DNA of 35,096 nt from Dehalococcoidia bacterium (GCA_041494685.1 JBGQBE010000032.1:1-35096); one strand, 5' to 3'; numbered from the stretch's first letter, positions 18,078 to 28,177 are shown. Numbers and translations are program-made. Notes: a model not told the origin generated them from the sequence alone.

Positions 18078-18124
18078 ATCGGAGACATCGCGGGCGAGGG
18101 CCTGGCCCTTCATCCGGCGCGCGC

Positions 18125-19129
18125 ATGACAGACCTCGACCTCACCGACCGCCAGATCCTCAACGCTCTCCAGGGCTCGTTCGAACTGACGCCGCGGCCAT
18201 TCGCCGCCGTCGCGGCGGCGCTGGGGCTGTCCGAAGACGACGTGCTACGGCGCACGCGGGCGCTCCGCGACGGCGGCGTGCTGCGGCACCTTAGCCCGAT
18301 CTTCGATGTCTTCCGGATCGGCTACAAGAGCGCGCTGATCGCCTTCGTCATCGATCCGGCGCGCCTTGATGAGGCCGCCGCCGTGATCACCGCGCACCCG
18401 GGCGTCAGCCACAACTATGCGCGCGAACACCGCTTCAACCTCTGGGCCGTCCTGGCGATCCCGCGCGAGCGCGACTTCGACGCGACCGTCGCCGGCCTCG
18501 CCCGCGACGCCGGCGCCATCACCTACAACGTCCTGCCGGCGCTCAAGCTGTTCAAGATCGCCGTGGAATACGACATGGTCGGCAAGAAGACCGACTCCAA
18601 ACCCGCCGCGCCGAAGCCGCGCCCGACCCGCCGCGATCTCACCGCCGACGAGAAGGAGATCATCCGCGTCTGCCAGCGCGATCTGCCGATCGAGAGTCGC
18701 CCGTGGGCCGCGGCCGCAGCCGAACTCGGCATGAGCGAGGACGCCGTCCTCGACCGGCTGCGGGTGATGCTCGACGAGGGCATCCTGCGCCGCTTCGCCG
18801 CGGTGCTCCGCCACCAGGAGGCCGGCTTCAGCGCCAACGGCATGGCGTGCTGGCGCGTGCCGGAGGACCGCATCGAGGAGGTCGGCGCGAAGCTTGCCGC
18901 CGACACGCGGGTCAGCCACTGCTACTGGCGCCCCACCTTCCCGGACTGGCCCTACCCCGTCTTCTCGATGATCCACTGCGAGTCGCGCGACGAGGTCGCC
19001 GCGATCGCGGCCGACCTCTCGCGCACGGTGGGTGTGACCGACTACGAGATCCTCTGGAGCGCGCGCGAGTTCAAGAAAGAGCGTGTGCAGTACTTCGTGG
19101 ACGACGCCAGACCGGCGACCGCCCGGTAG
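18125..19129 (+). CDS. ahbAB: Siroheme decarboxylase, fused AhbA-AhbB (NirDL/GH-like)
   Basis: Two Lrp/AsnC-like halves carrying HPGVSHNYAREH..NLW and VSHCYWRP..PDWPY..FSMIH. Confidence 0.88.
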   Translation: MTDLDLTDRQILNALQGSFELTPRPFAAVAAALGLSEDDVLRRTRALRDGGVLRHLSPIFDVFRIGYKSALIAFVIDPARLDEAAAVITAHPGVSHNYAREHRFNLWAVLAIPRERDFDATVAGLARDAGAITYNVLPALKLFKIAVEYDMVGKKTDSKPAAPKPRPTRRDLTADEKEIIRVCQRDLPIESRPWAAAAAELGMSEDAVLDRLRVMLDEGILRRFAAVLRHQEAGFSANGMACWRVPEDRIEEVGAKLAADTRVSHCYWRPTFPDWPYPVFSMIHCESRDEVAAIAADLSRTVGVTDYEILWSAREFKKERVQYFVDDARPATAR

Positions 19130-19210
19130 ACACGGCACGGCCGCCTTGCCCGGCCCCCCGATCACGCTATAGTCAGGCAACGGAACCCGCACCGTAGCAC
19201 CGGGGGCAGA

Positions 19211-19804
19211 TTGCCGTCCTTCACACTCGTCCCGCACGCGATCTCGTCCCGGATCACCGACCCGATCGTCTCGCCCCTCGCCGCCATCGGCGTCACCCCG
19301 AACATGATCTCCGCGGCGGGGTTCGCGGGGAACGTCGGGGCCGGCTGCCTGGCCGCCGGCGGGCACTTCCTCCTCGCGGGCATCGTCATGCTCGTCTTCA
19401 GCGCGCTCGACCTGCTGGATGGCGCGCTCGCGCGCAAGACCGGTACCGTGACGAAGTTCGGCGCCGTGTTCGATTCGGTGCTGGATCGCGTCTCCGAGGC
19501 CGCGGTGCTGGGCGGCATCCTGTTCCACTACACGCAGACCGGCGGCAGCGACACCGCCATCGTCCTCTGTTACGCCGCTGTCGTCGGCTCGATCATGGTG
19601 AGCTACGCCCGCGCCCGCGCCGAGGGCATCGGCCTGCAGCTGCGCGAGGGTCTGTTCACGCGCGCCGAGCGGGTGATCCTGCTTGGCATCGCGCTGATCG
19701 TCGCCCATGGCCTCGTGGTGTGGGCACTCTGGGCGCTGGCGATCCTCTCGCACACCACGGCGGTGCAGCGCGTCTTCACCGTCTGGCAGAAGCTCCGCCC
19801 ATGA
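19211..19804 (+). CDS. CDP-alcohol phosphatidyltransferase (PIP/AIP-synthase-like)
   Basis: TPNMIS, DLLDGALAR...FGAVFDSVLDR, SYARARAEG, RAER. TTG start after GGGGG. Confidence 0.9.
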   Translation: MPSFTLVPHAISSRITDPIVSPLAAIGVTPNMISAAGFAGNVGAGCLAAGGHFLLAGIVMLVFSALDLLDGALARKTGTVTKFGAVFDSVLDRVSEAAVLGGILFHYTQTGGSDTAIVLCYAAVVGSIMVSYARARAEGIGLQLREGLFTRAERVILLGIALIVAHGLVVWALWALAILSHTTAVQRVFTVWQKLRP

Positions 19805-21336
19805 CGACGACCGCGCTCCCCGAAGAACGGCAGCAATCGCCGGCCTGGCTCTCCCGCGCCGGCCCCGAGCGCGCGTTTAGCCTCGACCTCTCCCGCCCCT
19901 GGGCGTTCGCGGTGCTCGCGCTCGCCTTCGTGGCGAGCCGCGTCCCGTGGATCGACAACGGCTATGGCACCAAGCCGGACGCCTGGCGCATCGCCCTGAG
20001 CGGGTACTGGCTGTGGGACCAGCACGAGTTCTATCCCTCGCGCCTGCCCGGCTATCCCATACCCGAGCTATCGTACGCGGCGGTCATCAAGGGTGGCTGG
20101 CTTGCGACGAACTCGCTGACGATCGCCATCTCGCTGCTGGGGCTCTGGTTCTTCGCGAACATCGTGCGCGAGGCACGCCTGCCGGCGCCGGCGCTGATCG
20201 TCGTCGGGTTTGCCTTCCAGCCGCTGCTGTGGATCAACAGCATGAACACGATGGACTACGCCTGGGCGCTGACGTTCATCCTGGGCGCGTACTATTTCCT
20301 GCTGCGCAGCAACGTCTTCGTAGCGGGACTGATGCTGGGGCTGGCGGTGAGTTCGCGCATCCCCTCGGCCGCGTTCCTGCTGCCGTACTGCATCTACATC
20401 TGGCGCTCCGGGCGGCGCCACGAGATCCGCGGCTTCGTCGTCTCCGTCGTGGCCGTCGCGATCATCGCGTTCTCGCCGATCATGTGGAAGTACGGCCCCA
20501 GCTTTCTGAACTACTACGACGCCAAAGTCGGCTATCGCGACGTCATCCGCCTCGTGGCAAAGGATGCGTTCGGCCTCGCCGGCACGCTGGCGCTGGGCAT
20601 CGGCATCCTCGTCTCGCTTCCACGGTTGCTGAAGCTGCCGCGGGACGTGATCCGCGACAAGGACGTGATGGTGTGGGCGATGGCGGCCGTGCTCATCGTC
20701 CTCGTCTTCCTGCGCCTGCCGCACGAGGCGGCGTACCTGATCCCGCTCTTCCCGTTCGGCTTCCTGCTCATCGGCAAGTACTTCCGCACGGGCGTCCTGG
20801 CGTGCGTGATACCGGTGATGCTCATCGCCGGCTTCGTAGACTTGACCACCTCGAACCACCAGGTGGGACTCAGCTCGTTCGGGCACCTGCGCGTCGGCCA
20901 GGGCATGCTGCTGTCCAACCGCGACACGATGCGCGCCCAGCTTGCGTACACGCACCGGATCGAGCGGATGGACGTGCCGAACCAGGGCACCGTCATCATC
21001 GGCTTCTCCTATCCGCAGTTCGCGGTGCTGAACCGCGACCGTCTGCAGCTGGGGCTCCTGCGCAAGGACAAGTCTTCTATCAGCCAGCTCACCGACACCG
21101 GCAAAGCGGTCGACACGGGGCGCCAGATCACCTACGTCTGGCTGCTTGACTACGCCGACTTCACCAAGGCGCTGCCGAAGGGTCCCATCTACTACACGCT
21201 CGACGCGGGCCGCAGCACGCTGGCGCTGTACGACTTCCGCCCCGGCCTGATGGGAGGGAACGTGCACCTGATCGATTTCGGAGTCGGCCCCTCGGGTGAG
21301 CAAGACCAGGCCGGCGGCGGCCGTCAGCAGCGATAG
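19801..21336 (+). CDS. Polytopic membrane protein, GT-C glycosyltransferase-like
   Basis: About 10 hydrophobic segments, first-loop Asp (PDAW), SRLPGYP, YLIP. ATGA overlap with the upstream gene. Confidence 0.65.
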   Translation: MTTTALPEERQQSPAWLSRAGPERAFSLDLSRPWAFAVLALAFVASRVPWIDNGYGTKPDAWRIALSGYWLWDQHEFYPSRLPGYPIPELSYAAVIKGGWLATNSLTIAISLLGLWFFANIVREARLPAPALIVVGFAFQPLLWINSMNTMDYAWALTFILGAYYFLLRSNVFVAGLMLGLAVSSRIPSAAFLLPYCIYIWRSGRRHEIRGFVVSVVAVAIIAFSPIMWKYGPSFLNYYDAKVGYRDVIRLVAKDAFGLAGTLALGIGILVSLPRLLKLPRDVIRDKDVMVWAMAAVLIVLVFLRLPHEAAYLIPLFPFGFLLIGKYFRTGVLACVIPVMLIAGFVDLTTSNHQVGLSSFGHLRVGQGMLLSNRDTMRAQLAYTHRIERMDVPNQGTVIIGFSYPQFAVLNRDRLQLGLLRKDKSSISQLTDTGKAVDTGRQITYVWLLDYADFTKALPKGPIYYTLDAGRSTLALYDFRPGLMGGNVHLIDFGVGPSGEQDQAGGGRQQR

Positions 21337-21338
21337 AC

Positions 21339-22151
21339 GTGCCAGGCGACCAGCCGTACGTCGACGAGCAGTACAGCGACGCCGCGCGCTTCAACGCCCG
21401 CGTCGAGGCGCACGCGCTGTACAGCGAGCAGCCCGGCAACTTCCGCGACTGGCTGCTCCCGCAGGTGGAGCCGGACCCGGGGCTGTCACTGCTCGACGCC
21501 GGCTGCGGACCCGGCACGTACCACGCCGCGCTGGCCCGCGCCGGACTCCGCATCACCGCGTGCGATCTCTCGGCTGGCATGTTGCGCGACGTCGCGGCGC
21601 AGGCTCACTCGATCAGCGCGGACGTCGCGCCCGTGCGCGCCGACGCGGAGGCGCTGCCGTTCCGCGACGGCGCGTTCGACCGGGTGATGGCGAACCACAT
21701 GCTGTACCACGTTGCGGACCAGCCCCGCGCGCTAGAGGAGATGCGACGCGTGCTACGCCGAGGCGGTCGCGTCGTCCTGGCGACGAACGCCACCGACAAC
21801 AACGCGCGGCTCTTCGATCTGCACTTGCGGGCGGCCGCCCACGCGGGATACGCGGTCTCCGAGCCCGGCGCGAACGTGCGGTTCACGCTCGACCACCTGC
21901 CGGTCGTGCGCGCGGCGTTCCCCTCGGCTCGCGTGCTGCGACGCGAGGACGCATTCGTCTTCCCGGACGCTGAGTCCGCGCTGCGTTACTACGCGAGCTT
22001 CATGGTCGACATGATCAACGCGCGGCCGGCCCGCGATACGCATCGCGCCGTGCTCGTCGAGGGGATGCGCCGCGAGATCGACACGATCATTGGGCGCGAG
22101 GGCGTCTTCCGCGTGCCGAAGGCGGCCGGCTGCTTCGTCGCGGACGTCTGA
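21339..22151 (+). CDS. Class I SAM-dependent methyltransferase
   Basis: LLDAGCGPG, DLSAGML, DAEALPF...FD, HMLYHV. Confidence 0.9.
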   Translation: MPGDQPYVDEQYSDAARFNARVEAHALYSEQPGNFRDWLLPQVEPDPGLSLLDAGCGPGTYHAALARAGLRITACDLSAGMLRDVAAQAHSISADVAPVRADAEALPFRDGAFDRVMANHMLYHVADQPRALEEMRRVLRRGGRVVLATNATDNNARLFDLHLRAAAHAGYAVSEPGANVRFTLDHLPVVRAAFPSARVLRREDAFVFPDAESALRYYASFMVDMINARPARDTHRAVLVEGMRREIDTIIGREGVFRVPKAAGCFVADV

Positions 22152-22153
22152 CG

Positions 22154-23458
22154 CTACGCCCGCCGCCGGATCACGACGATCGCGCCTGCCGCTGCCACCA
22201 ATACGAGTACGGCCAGTGCCACGATCACGGCGATGGCGGTGGTGTTCGTGCCGCCGCCGGAGGACGCGCCCTGTGACGCAGACGCCGTCGTCGCCGACGC
22301 CGCGGCGGTCTGCGCTGCTGTCTGTGACGCGCGCGGCGTGGCGGTCGGGCTGGCGGTCCGCTCGCTGAGGCCGACCGACTTCCGCCAGGCGTTCTCCAGT
22401 CCGAAGCCGTCGAACCCGTACACCGCCTGGAACGCCTTGTCGGCCGTCGAGCCGTCCTTGAACGTCTTGAGCACCGCGGCAAACTTGTCCGCCCCGTACG
22501 TGTCCACCAGGAACTTCACGATCGACCCCGCCTGGCCGTAGTACAGGCCCACGGTGGACGCCACCGACCCGGTCGCCGACGACGTCAGCTCCTTCATCGT
22601 CAGCACGTGGTCGCTGTCGATGGCCGCCTGCAGCGCGTCGGCGTGGCCCGAGAGCGGGTGTGCCTGCGAGTACACCGAGATGCCTTCGTTCAGCCAGCCG
22701 GGGATGTCGAACGGCCCCTTCGTTGCCTGGCGGGTGACGATGTGCGCGACCTCGTGGCGGGTGATGTCCAGCGTCTGCACGTCCGCCGACACCATCGCCG
22801 TGTCAGAGTAGACGACTTCGCCCAGCACCGTCACGCCGCGACCGGGACCACCCGGCGCGATCGCGGGCTGCATCTCCTCCGCCGTTGTGTACAGGAACAC
22901 CTTCACGGGGAACGTCACCTGCGTGTTTTCCAGCGCACCCAACTTCTCGATAGTGTCCGCCGCCGCGTTCAACACCGACTGCGCCGCCGTGTCGCTGCCG
23001 GCGTGGTAGTAGAGCGTAATGTTCCCGCTCTGCAGCGTCTTGAACGTGAAGCGCGTGTCCTGGTGCACGTACTTGCGCTCTCGCGTCGAGAACGTGCCGC
23101 CCGATTCGTCGGTGACGTCCCAGTGATAGGTGATCTCAGCGCCGGGGATGATGGAGATGCCGCGGCCGCTGGTCAGCGTGAACGTGCAGCTCGTCGTCGC
23201 GGCCGTCGTGCAGGTCGCCACGGCCGTCGCGCCCGTGCCGTCCGGCGCCAGCTCGTAGCGCAGCCGCACTTCCTTCACCGCTGCGGACGTCGTGAACGAG
23301 ATCGCGAACGTCACGCCCGACGGAAATTCGTTGCGCGGCTCCTCCGAGACGACGTTGACGGCGGGCGGCTGCTGCGCCGCCGCGCGTTGCGCGGGCACGG
23401 CGCCGCGCGCCGAGATTGCCAGGATGACGCCGAACGCGAGGAGCAGCAGCTTACGCAA
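22154..23458 (-). CDS. Exported MA-clan (gluzincin) metallopeptidase with a C-terminal membrane anchor
   Basis: Signal peptide, HEVAH, WLNEG, Ala/Thr linker, then TM and RRR. Overlaps the prfB stop. Confidence 0.85.
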   Translation of the reverse strand: MRKLLLLAFGVILAISARGAVPAQRAAAQQPPAVNVVSEEPRNEFPSGVTFAISFTTSAAVKEVRLRYELAPDGTGATAVATCTTAATTSCTFTLTSGRGISIIPGAEITYHWDVTDESGGTFSTRERKYVHQDTRFTFKTLQSGNITLYYHAGSDTAAQSVLNAAADTIEKLGALENTQVTFPVKVFLYTTAEEMQPAIAPGGPGRGVTVLGEVVYSDTAMVSADVQTLDITRHEVAHIVTRQATKGPFDIPGWLNEGISVYSQAHPLSGHADALQAAIDSDHVLTMKELTSSATGSVASTVGLYYGQAGSIVKFLVDTYGADKFAAVLKTFKDGSTADKAFQAVYGFDGFGLENAWRKSVGLSERTASPTATPRASQTAAQTAAASATTASASQGASSGGGTNTTAIAVIVALAVLVLVAAAGAIVVIRRRA

Positions 23459-24558
23459 TGTTCTCTCCTACTGTCGTCTTCAGGTACGCCTTGATCAGCG
23501 GGTCCAGGTCGCCCTCCAGCACGCCGGCGGCGTCGCTGGTCTCGTACGCAGTGCGGTGGTCCTTCACCATCTTGTACGGGTGCAGCACGTAGCTGCGGAT
23601 CTGGTTCGCCCAGCCCGCGCTCACGTGCTCGCCCTTGATCTTCGCCTGCAGCTCCGCCTGCTTCTGCAGCTCGATCTCGATCAGCCGCGCTTCCAGCACG
23701 CGCATCGCCGACTCGCGGTTGCGCCCCTGCGAGCGCTCGTTCTGGCACGTCACGACGATGCCCGACGGCAGGTGGGTGATGCGGATCGCCGTCGAGTTCT
23801 TCTGTACGTTCTGGCCGCCGTGGCCGCTCGCACGGTAGACGTCGACGCGCAGGTCGTCCGGGTTGATCTTCACCTCCGCCGCGTCGCTCGCCTCCGGCAG
23901 CACCTCGACGAGCGCGAACGACGTGTGGCGCTTGTTCTCTGAGTCGAACGGCGACAGACGCACGAGGCGGTGCACGCCCCGCTCGCTCTTCAGGTAGCCG
24001 TACGCGTACTCGCCCGTGATCTCGACCGTGGCGCTCTTGATGCCCGCCTCTTCGCCCGGCATCAGGTCGATCACCTCCGCCGGGAAGCGGCGTTGCTCGC
24101 ACCAGCGCAGGTACATGCGCAGGAGCATCTGCGCCCAGTCCTGCGACTCCGTGCCGCCGGCGCCCGCGTGAATCGCCAGGATGGCGTTGCGGTCGTCGTA
24201 CGGCCCGGAGAAGGTCAGCTCGAACTCGAGGTCGTCGAGCTGCTGTTCCAGCGCCGCCGTGTCGCGGGCGATGTCCGCCGCGGTCGCCTCGTCGCCCTCC
24301 GCTTCGGCGAGATCCACCAGCTCCAGCAGCTCGCCGATCTTCGCTTCGAAACCGCGCCACGTGGCGGCGCGCGCGCGGATCGACGAGAGCCGCTTCATCA
24401 CGTCCTGCGCTGATTGGGGGTCGTTCCAGAAGTCGGGCGCGGATGAGCGCTCCTCGAGCGACGCGGCCTCCGCTTCGATCCTGGCTACGTCAAAGACGCA
24501 CCATGACATGGGCGACGCGCTCCCGCAGTGCCTTGAGCCGTTCGCGTAGTTCCTGCAT
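23451..24558 (-). CDS. prfB: Peptide chain release factor 2, about 368 aa via +1 frameshift
   Basis: SPF and GGQ motifs. The 22-codon first frame MQELRERLKALRERVAHVMVRL ends at CTT TGA C and continues in +1 as DVARIE. Confidence 0.97.
24489..24504 (-). other. prfB programmed +1 frameshift site
   Basis: ATG GTG CGT CTT TGA C, with SD-like GGTG 3 nt before the shift codon. Confidence 0.93.
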
Positions 24559-24648
24559 GTCCTGGTGTTCGTCCTTCCGTCGCCGTGCGCCGGGCGGCGC
24601 CATATCCATGGTAGCGCATCCGATCGGCGGCACCAGCGCGACGGGCCG

Positions 24649-25779
24649 TCACAGCGGCGGTCGCGGCGGCGGACCGTGGCCCTCGCGGCAAGCGCGGATC
24701 AGCGCGATCGCCGCGTCCTCGCCGCCCCAGCGCGTGATCGGCTTGCGCCGCGCGGCGTACCAGCCCCAGATCTCACGCCGCGCCCGGTCCAGCCGCTTTG
24801 CGGCGGGCAGCCGCCCGTCCGCCGGCACCGCCAGCAGCTTGTGGTCGCCGTCGCCACGCTCCAGCACGTCCACCGCCCGCACGGCCAGGTGCTCCGCCCG
24901 CTCGCGCGACGCGTCGTCCAGCAGCATCACGTCCAGCAGCTCTCCGTCCGCCGGGTTGATGATCTCCGTCGAGCAGCCGTAGTGCATCGGCATCGGCTCC
25001 AGGTCGTGGCGGAACACCACCTCGCGCGCATCGTGCTCCCACTCCCAGCGGCCGCGCTCGCCCGCGCGCTGCTCCACCACCATCTCGATCGTGGCGTCCA
25101 GCATCCGCCGCTTCGCCTCGCCCGCAAGGCGATCCGCCAGCCGAGTCGGCTCCGGCAGGCGGTACTTCGCCGCGCACGCCAACACCCAGCGCTCAGCCGC
25201 CGCCAGCCCGATCCTGTGCCCTACCGACACGTACACCGGCCGCACACCGTCGCGCGTCCGCAGCAGCGAGCCGATGACCTCGCCTGCGTCCACCAGGTCG
25301 GCGCGCGATCCGCGCGGCGCGGCGACCGCGCCGGCCTCGCCGACGAGCCGCGACTTGGCGACGCCGATCGTTGGAAGATCCAGCAGCAACCCCAGGTGGC
25401 ACGCGAAGCCGAAGCGCCGCGGGTGCGCGTAACCGTGTCCGTCCACCATCAGCAGGTCCGGCGTGCTCCGCAGCCGCTGGAACGCCTCGATCAGCACCGG
25501 CGCTTCGCGGAACGAGAGCAACCCCGGCACGTACGGGAACGTCACGGGCGCCTCCACCGCCACCTGCTCCACCACCTCCAGCGACGGGTATGCCAGCACG
25601 ACCACGGCGCCGACGGCCCGCCCGTTCGGCTTGTCGAACGCCGCGTCGGAGCCTGCGATCAGCCACACGTCGCGCCGCGCCGGGGCGCCGCGTCGGACGA
25701 CGCGCGCCGCCAGTTCGCGCTGCAGCGCCATCGCCTCGCGCGGACTCAGATCCCAGGGGTGCAGGCTGCGGACACGCAT
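24649..25779 (-). CDS. nfi: Endonuclease V fused to a C-terminal family I pyrophosphatase-like domain (376 aa)
   Basis: Endo[52 protein letters not shown]-terminal domain: VVE...RWE...PMHYG...DGELLD...[14 protein letters not shown] lies 5 nt before ATG 25779. Confidence 0.88.
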   Translation of the reverse strand: MRVRSLHPWDLSPREAMALQRELAARVVRRGAPARRDVWLIAGSDAAFDKPNGRAVGAVVVLAYPSLEVVEQVAVEAPVTFPYVPGLLSFREAPVLIEAFQRLRSTPDLLMVDGHGYAHPRRFGFACHLGLLLDLPTIGVAKSRLVGEAGAVAAPRGSRADLVDAGEVIGSLLRTRDGVRPVYVSVGHRIGLAAAERWVLACAAKYRLPEPTRLADRLAGEAKRRMLDATIEMVVEQRAGERGRWEWEHDAREVVFRHDLEPMPMHYGCSTEIINPADGELLDVMLLDDASRERAEHLAVRAVDVLERGDGDHKLLAVPADGRLPAAKRLDRARREIWGWYAARRKPITRWGGEDAAIALIRACREGHGPPPRPPL

Positions 25780-25843
25780 GCCCGATTGTACGCCGCGGGC
25801 ACCCGCTTGTCCGCGCTCTCCGCGCCGTCTACGATGCATCGAC

Positions 25844-26254
25844 GTGAGACACCCCCTCCTCCCGCTGCTGGCCGCCGCGTCGATGCTGTTCACGGCATGC
25901 GGCGTCAAGTTCTCCGACCCGCCGGCACACAATGAGTTCTTCCAGTCGCTGGTCGTGACCGGCGACACACGCGTGGGCACGCCGCTGACGGCGGCGGTCT
26001 CGTACCAGACGACGTACACGGTGCCGGTGCAGGTCATCTGCGAACTGCGGCAGGGGACGACCACTGTCAGCGTCATCGGCCGCGACGAAATACCGGCGTA
26101 CCCCGGCGGCGGCCCGGAGGCCACGCCCGTGCCCGGCAACTTCTCCTACGACTTCGTCGTCGACGATCCCGGCAGCTACAAGATCCAGTGCTACACCGCG
26201 CGCGACGAGGATAACTTCATCAAGCGGGCATTCACGGTCAGGCAGAAGCAGTAG
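25844..26254 (+). CDS. Putative lipoprotein
   Basis: GTG 25844, hydrophobic leader ending LFTA-C, beta-rich body with two further Cys. Confidence 0.75.
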   Translation: MRHPLLPLLAAASMLFTACGVKFSDPPAHNEFFQSLVVTGDTRVGTPLTAAVSYQTTYTVPVQVICELRQGTTTVSVIGRDEIPAYPGGGPEATPVPGNFSYDFVVDDPGSYKIQCYTARDEDNFIKRAFTVRQKQ

Positions 26255-26276
26255 CCGCACAACGACGGAGGCCAGT

Positions 26277-27207
26277 ATGAGCAAGCACAAGTTCCGGTTC
26301 GGCGTCCAGACCACCACGGTCAGCTCGGCCGAGGCGTGGCGCGAGAAGGCCCGCAAGATCGAGGACCTCGGCTACTCCACGCTGCTGATCCCGGACCACT
26401 TCAACGACCAGCTTGCGCCGCTGCCCGCCATGATGGCCGCGGCCGCCGCCACGACGACACTCCGCGTCGGCGGGCTCGTGCTCGACAACGACTACAAGCA
26501 CCCCGTCGTGCTGGCGAAGGAGCTGGCGACGCTCGACGTGCTGTAGGCGGCCGGCTGGAGCTGGGCATCGGCGCCGGCTGGATGGAGAGCGACTACCGCC
26601 AGGCAGGCATGACGTATGACCCGCCGGGCGTCCGCATCTCGCGCTTGCAGGAAGGCCTCAAGGTCATCAAGGGCTGTTCGCCGACGAGAAGCTGGACTTC
26701 GATGGCCAGTTCTACGACGTCCACCTGAACGGCACGCCGAAGCCGGTGCAGAAGCCGCACCCGCCGATCCTGATCGGCGGCGGCGGCAAGCGCGTGCTGA
26801 AGTACGCCGCCCGCGAGGCGGACATCGTCGGCGTGAACTTCATCCTCACGGAGGGCGTCGTCAACGAAGCCGTGATGGCCAACGGCACGCCCGAGGCGAC
26901 GCACGAGAAGATCCGGTGGATCCGCGAGGGCGCGGGTACCCGCTTCGACGACCTGGAGCTGAACATCACGATCTTCGCCGCCATCGTCACGAACGACAGC
27001 ACCGGCCTGGCCGAGCGCCTGGCGCCGCGCTTCGCGTCGACGCCGAAAGATCTGCCGCGCGCGCCGCACGTACTGCTCGGCAGCGCGGACGAGATCGTCG
27101 ATGAGTTGCAGCGGCGGCGAGATGAGTTCGGCTTCTCGTATTTCGCCATCTCCGGTGATGGTTTCGAAGCGTTCGCGCCGGTGGTGAAGAAGCTCGCCGG
27201 GACGTAG
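26277..27207 (+). pseudogene. LLM-class (probably F420-dependent) oxidoreductase broken by two single-base deletions (or assembly errors)
   Basis: Three consecutive frames join into one LLM protein: PDH...HPVVLAKELATLDVL / GGRLELGIGAGW / PHPPILIGGGG. Breaks at about 26544 and 26673. Confidence 0.85.
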
Positions 27208-27221
27208 GGGCTAAAGCCGCT

Positions 27222-28172
27222 CTAACCCGCGCCCTTACGAATCGTCGTGCCCGCTATCGGCTGCGCGCCGCTCCACCACGGCCACGACGCCGCCGTCGCC
27301 GCGTAGTCGCCGCGATGCCCGCGCACGATCGCGTCGGCGATGCGCGCCGCCGCCACGTTGCCGCAGACGTCGTGCACACGCACGATGTCCGCGCCGTAGG
27401 CGATGTTCAGTGCCGTCACCGCCGCCGTCGCCGCGTCGCGGTCGTCGGGCGACAGCCCCGTCACGCTGCCGATGAAGTGCTTGCGCGACGCCGCGATCAG
27501 CAGCGGCCGCCCCAGCGCCAGGAACTCAACGAGGTGCCGCAGCACGTCCAGGTCCTCGTCGTGCGACTTCCCGAACGCGATGCCGGGGTCCACGATGATC
27601 GATTCCTGCGCGACGCCGGCGTTGCCCGCCATAGCCATCCGTCCGCGCAGGAACGACATATGCGCCGCCAGCAGATCCTCGTACGCCGGGGGCGCCGCCG
27701 GCCGGATCTTGGGGCGCTCGTACGTGTAGTTGATCACCAGTCCCGCGCCGTACTCCGCCGCGACTTCGGCCGTCGCCGTGTCGTACATGAAGCCGCCGAT
27801 GTCATTGATGATGTGGGCTCCCGCCTGCATCGCCGCGACGGCTACCGGCCGTTTGTACGTGTCGGCGGAGATCACGCTGCCGACCTCGCACGCGATGCGA
27901 CTGATCGCCTCGCCTATGAACTGCGCTTCCTCGTCGGCGTCCCGCACCGGCACGTCCGCACGCGCGCTCTCCGCGCCCACGTCGATGATGTCCGCACCAT
28001 CCGCGGCGGCCTGCGCGGCGCGCCGCACGGCCGCGTCCAGGTCGGCGCCGGTGCCGTCGCCGGAGAACGAGTTGTCGGTGAGGTTCAGGATCGCCATGAC
28101 GTAGGTGCGCGAACCCAGCGGCAGCAGGCAATCGCGGGCGCGCAGCGGCGGGCGGGACTGCGACGTGTCCAC
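27222..28172 (-). CDS. folP: Dihydropteroate synthase (divergent loops)
   Basis: ILNLT.NSFS, IIDVGAES.R, ISADT, INDI, DPGIAFGK, SRK.FIG, VRVHDV. Confidence 0.88.
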   Translation of the reverse strand: MDTSQSRPPLRARDCLLPLGSRTYVMAILNLTDNSFSGDGTGADLDAAVRRAAQAAADGADIIDVGAESARADVPVRDADEEAQFIGEAISRIACEVGSVISADTYKRPVAVAAMQAGAHIINDIGGFMYDTATAEVAAEYGAGLVINYTYERPKIRPAAPPAYEDLLAAHMSFLRGRMAMAGNAGVAQESIIVDPGIAFGKSHDEDLDVLRHLVEFLALGRPLLIAASRKHFIGSVTGLSPDDRDAATAAVTALNIAYGADIVRVHDVCGNVAAARIADAIVRGHRGDYAATAASWPWWSGAQPIAGTTIRKGAG

Positions 28173-28177
28173 CAGCG

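Noticed and set aside
18125..19129. Lrp/AsnC transcription regulator
   Set aside because: The HNY.R and HCY.R motifs identify a siroheme decarboxylase.
24490..24492. In-frame TGA in prfB as selenocysteine or a pseudogene lesion
   Set aside because: It is the canonical CTT-TGA-C frameshift site; homology continues in the +1 frame.
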